A stretch of 64,000 bases of DNA, from positions 7,318,001 to 7,382,000 of the forward strand of contig NC_058369.1 of NCBI RefSeq assembly GCF_018350175.1, read 5' to 3'. The translations under genes and the position numbers were made by a program. The notes beneath the pieces are model-generated. The model worked only from the letters and a program-made list of their open reading frames with translations, was not told the origin of the DNA and ran no database searches. Numbering within the stretch: position 1 is the stretch's first letter; the number at the start of each line of letters is the position of its first letter. Shown here in pieces: positions 62,152-64,000 of the stretch. The DNA is from Felis catus (taxonomy: Eukaryota).

Positions 62152-64000
62152 GGGGCCAAGATGGTGGAAGGGCATGCAAGTTTTTTTTGCACCTCTCCTC
62201 CCTGAAATGCAGCCAGGTCAACACTAAAACCATCCTGCACACCTAGAAAACTGACTTGAGGATTAACACAACCTGAACCACAGAACTCAACAGGTACACA
62301 GAGCAGAGAGGTGAACTGGGGGGAGAGAGAAGCCACAGACGGCAGGGAGCTGTTTTTGCTCGTGGAGAGAGGACAGACATGGGAGGAGAGTATGGGAACC
62401 CACCCCCATGCCCGAAAAGAGCAGATGAGAAAAGAAAGAGTACACAAGGGACTGAACAAAAAAGGGAGATAGGAGAAAGCAGAGGGTTTAAATTCCATTA
62501 ACACTCTATAAATAGGGGGAGCAAAGAGTCTGAAACTCCAGCTCATTACCTGGCAGTGCTCTGGTAGGAAGGGCGAATCCCCAGGAGTGGAGTGGAGTCC
62601 AGGAGATTCTTGGGCCACATGAGGAGGGGCAGTTCCCCTGGTGGGAGGACATTTAGTAGAGGCTGTGTGGCCACCCCACAGGCAAAGGTCCTAGCAGGCC
62701 CTGGAGAACAACCACATTTGCTGGTGTTGGAAAAAGGACATTAAGGGGGAAACCTGGTGCCACATGTGTGTTGTAATTTACCATAATCCCCGAAATGCTG
62801 CTGCTACATGATTGTGTGAACTTTTTCTGGGGCAGACTGGCACCCAGCTGCAGTCTCTGGGCATTGGCAGCAGCATGGTCCTGTGAACGTTCCTGGGGGC
62901 AGCTGTGCACTGGCCATTCCTCAGTGAGACCCTCCCCCAGAAGGTCTGAGCAGGTCAAAGCCACAGTCCCTCAGAAGTGAGGGGCTGGGAAACACAGCCC
63001 CATATGAGATAAAACTCAGGACGGAGGTGCCACCTGGCAGCCTGATGGATTGGTCAAGGACAGTGTAAAAGCAGGAATTGGACAGAAGCCAGAGACAAAG
63101 AAAGGGTGAGTGATTGCCGGTCGGGAAAGCACAGAATTCTGATAGTGGAGACTGGGTAGCTGGGCGACGCCACTTTCACCCCCTCCTGTTCATGCGCCAT
63201 TTTCACCCCTCCTGTGGTGCATGCACCACAACAATCCACCCCAGTAAGCTAAGCAGTGCCATCTAATGGAGAACGGAGCCATTACACTAAGCCCCGCCCA
63301 TCTGGGCCAACCTTGCTCTTCAGGAACACCACAAGTCTCTCCTGCTTAGTTTATGGACTATAAAGGGCTTCATAGTTTGACTTCTAGGGGAAACCAATGT
63401 AATTTCAATCCTATTTGTCTGTTTGCTGGTCCATCTAGTCAGTTTTTTTAATTTTTCTTTTCTTATTCTTGAATACAGAAAGAGAAAAAATGTATTTTTA
63501 TTTTCCATTATTAAAAATGTTTTTTTTCTAATATATTTTTTACTTTTTTGTAAATTTTTCAAATTCATTTTACTTCATTTCATTTTATTCTATTTCGTTG
63601 TATTCATTTTTTTCAAATTTTCAAACATTTTCCTCTTTTTTCCTTTCTTTTCTTATCCTTCCCTTTTTTCTCTAATCTATCAAGCTCCTTTCAACAACCA
63701 GACCAAAACACACCTAGGATCTAGCATCCTTTGATTTTTTTTGTGTTGCTTTTAATTTTTTAATTTTAATTTGTTTTACCTTATTAATTCTTTTCATTCC
63801 TTCAAAATGATAAAACGAAGGAATTCACCCAAAAAGAAAGAACAGGAAGAAATGACAGTCAGGGAATTAACCAACACAGATACATGCAAGATGTCTGAAC
63901 CAGAATTTAGAATAGTGATAATAAGAATACTAGCTGGGGTTGAAAATAGATGAGAATCCCTTTCTGAGGAGATAAAAGAAGTAAAAAGCTAGTCAGGATG
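62152..64000 (+). mobile_element. 5' end of a carnivore L1 (5' UTR and start of ORF1), running off the window
   Basis: ggggccaagatgg start, GC-rich UTR and T-rich tract. ORF1 start MIKRRNSPKKKEQEE...MSEPEFRIVIIRIL at ~63808 has a premature TGA at 63951-63953. Confidence 0.88.

Noticed and set aside
61947..62618. 223-aa antisense ORF in the L1 5' UTR (ORF0-like?)
   Set aside because: GTG start, and it runs through poly-T tracts and a SINE. Chance read-through with no coding signature.

Overview
Mammalian genomic DNA, almost certainly felid (cat-type Can-SINEs, roughly 80 copies, plus carnivore L1s), from a KRAB zinc-finger cluster. (1) A minus-strand KRAB-ZNF locus has a CpG-island promoter at ~36.0-36.6 kb and intact KRAB-A, KRAB-B and spacer exons with canonical GT-AG sites. 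Its C2H2 array (~21.4-23.7 kb) is frameshifted, stop-ridden and SINE-interrupted, so the spliced frame encodes a predicted 135-aa KRAB-only protein. (2) A second, more decayed minus-strand ZNF pseudogene lies at ~60.1-61.5 kb. (3) A second CpG island (43.8-44.3 kb) has splice donors in both directions and no coding gene downstream on the + strand. (4) An old ERVL-type provirus remnant (~12.8-19.1 kb) carries in its LTR a full-length RPL15 processed pseudogene, which is split by a Tigger-type DNA transposon that itself carries a young SINE. The rest is L1/L2/LTR/DNA-transposon debris and microsatellites. Almost every ORF in the supplied track is a SINE or L1 artefact. Repeat and gene family names come from recalled consensus sequences and were not searched.
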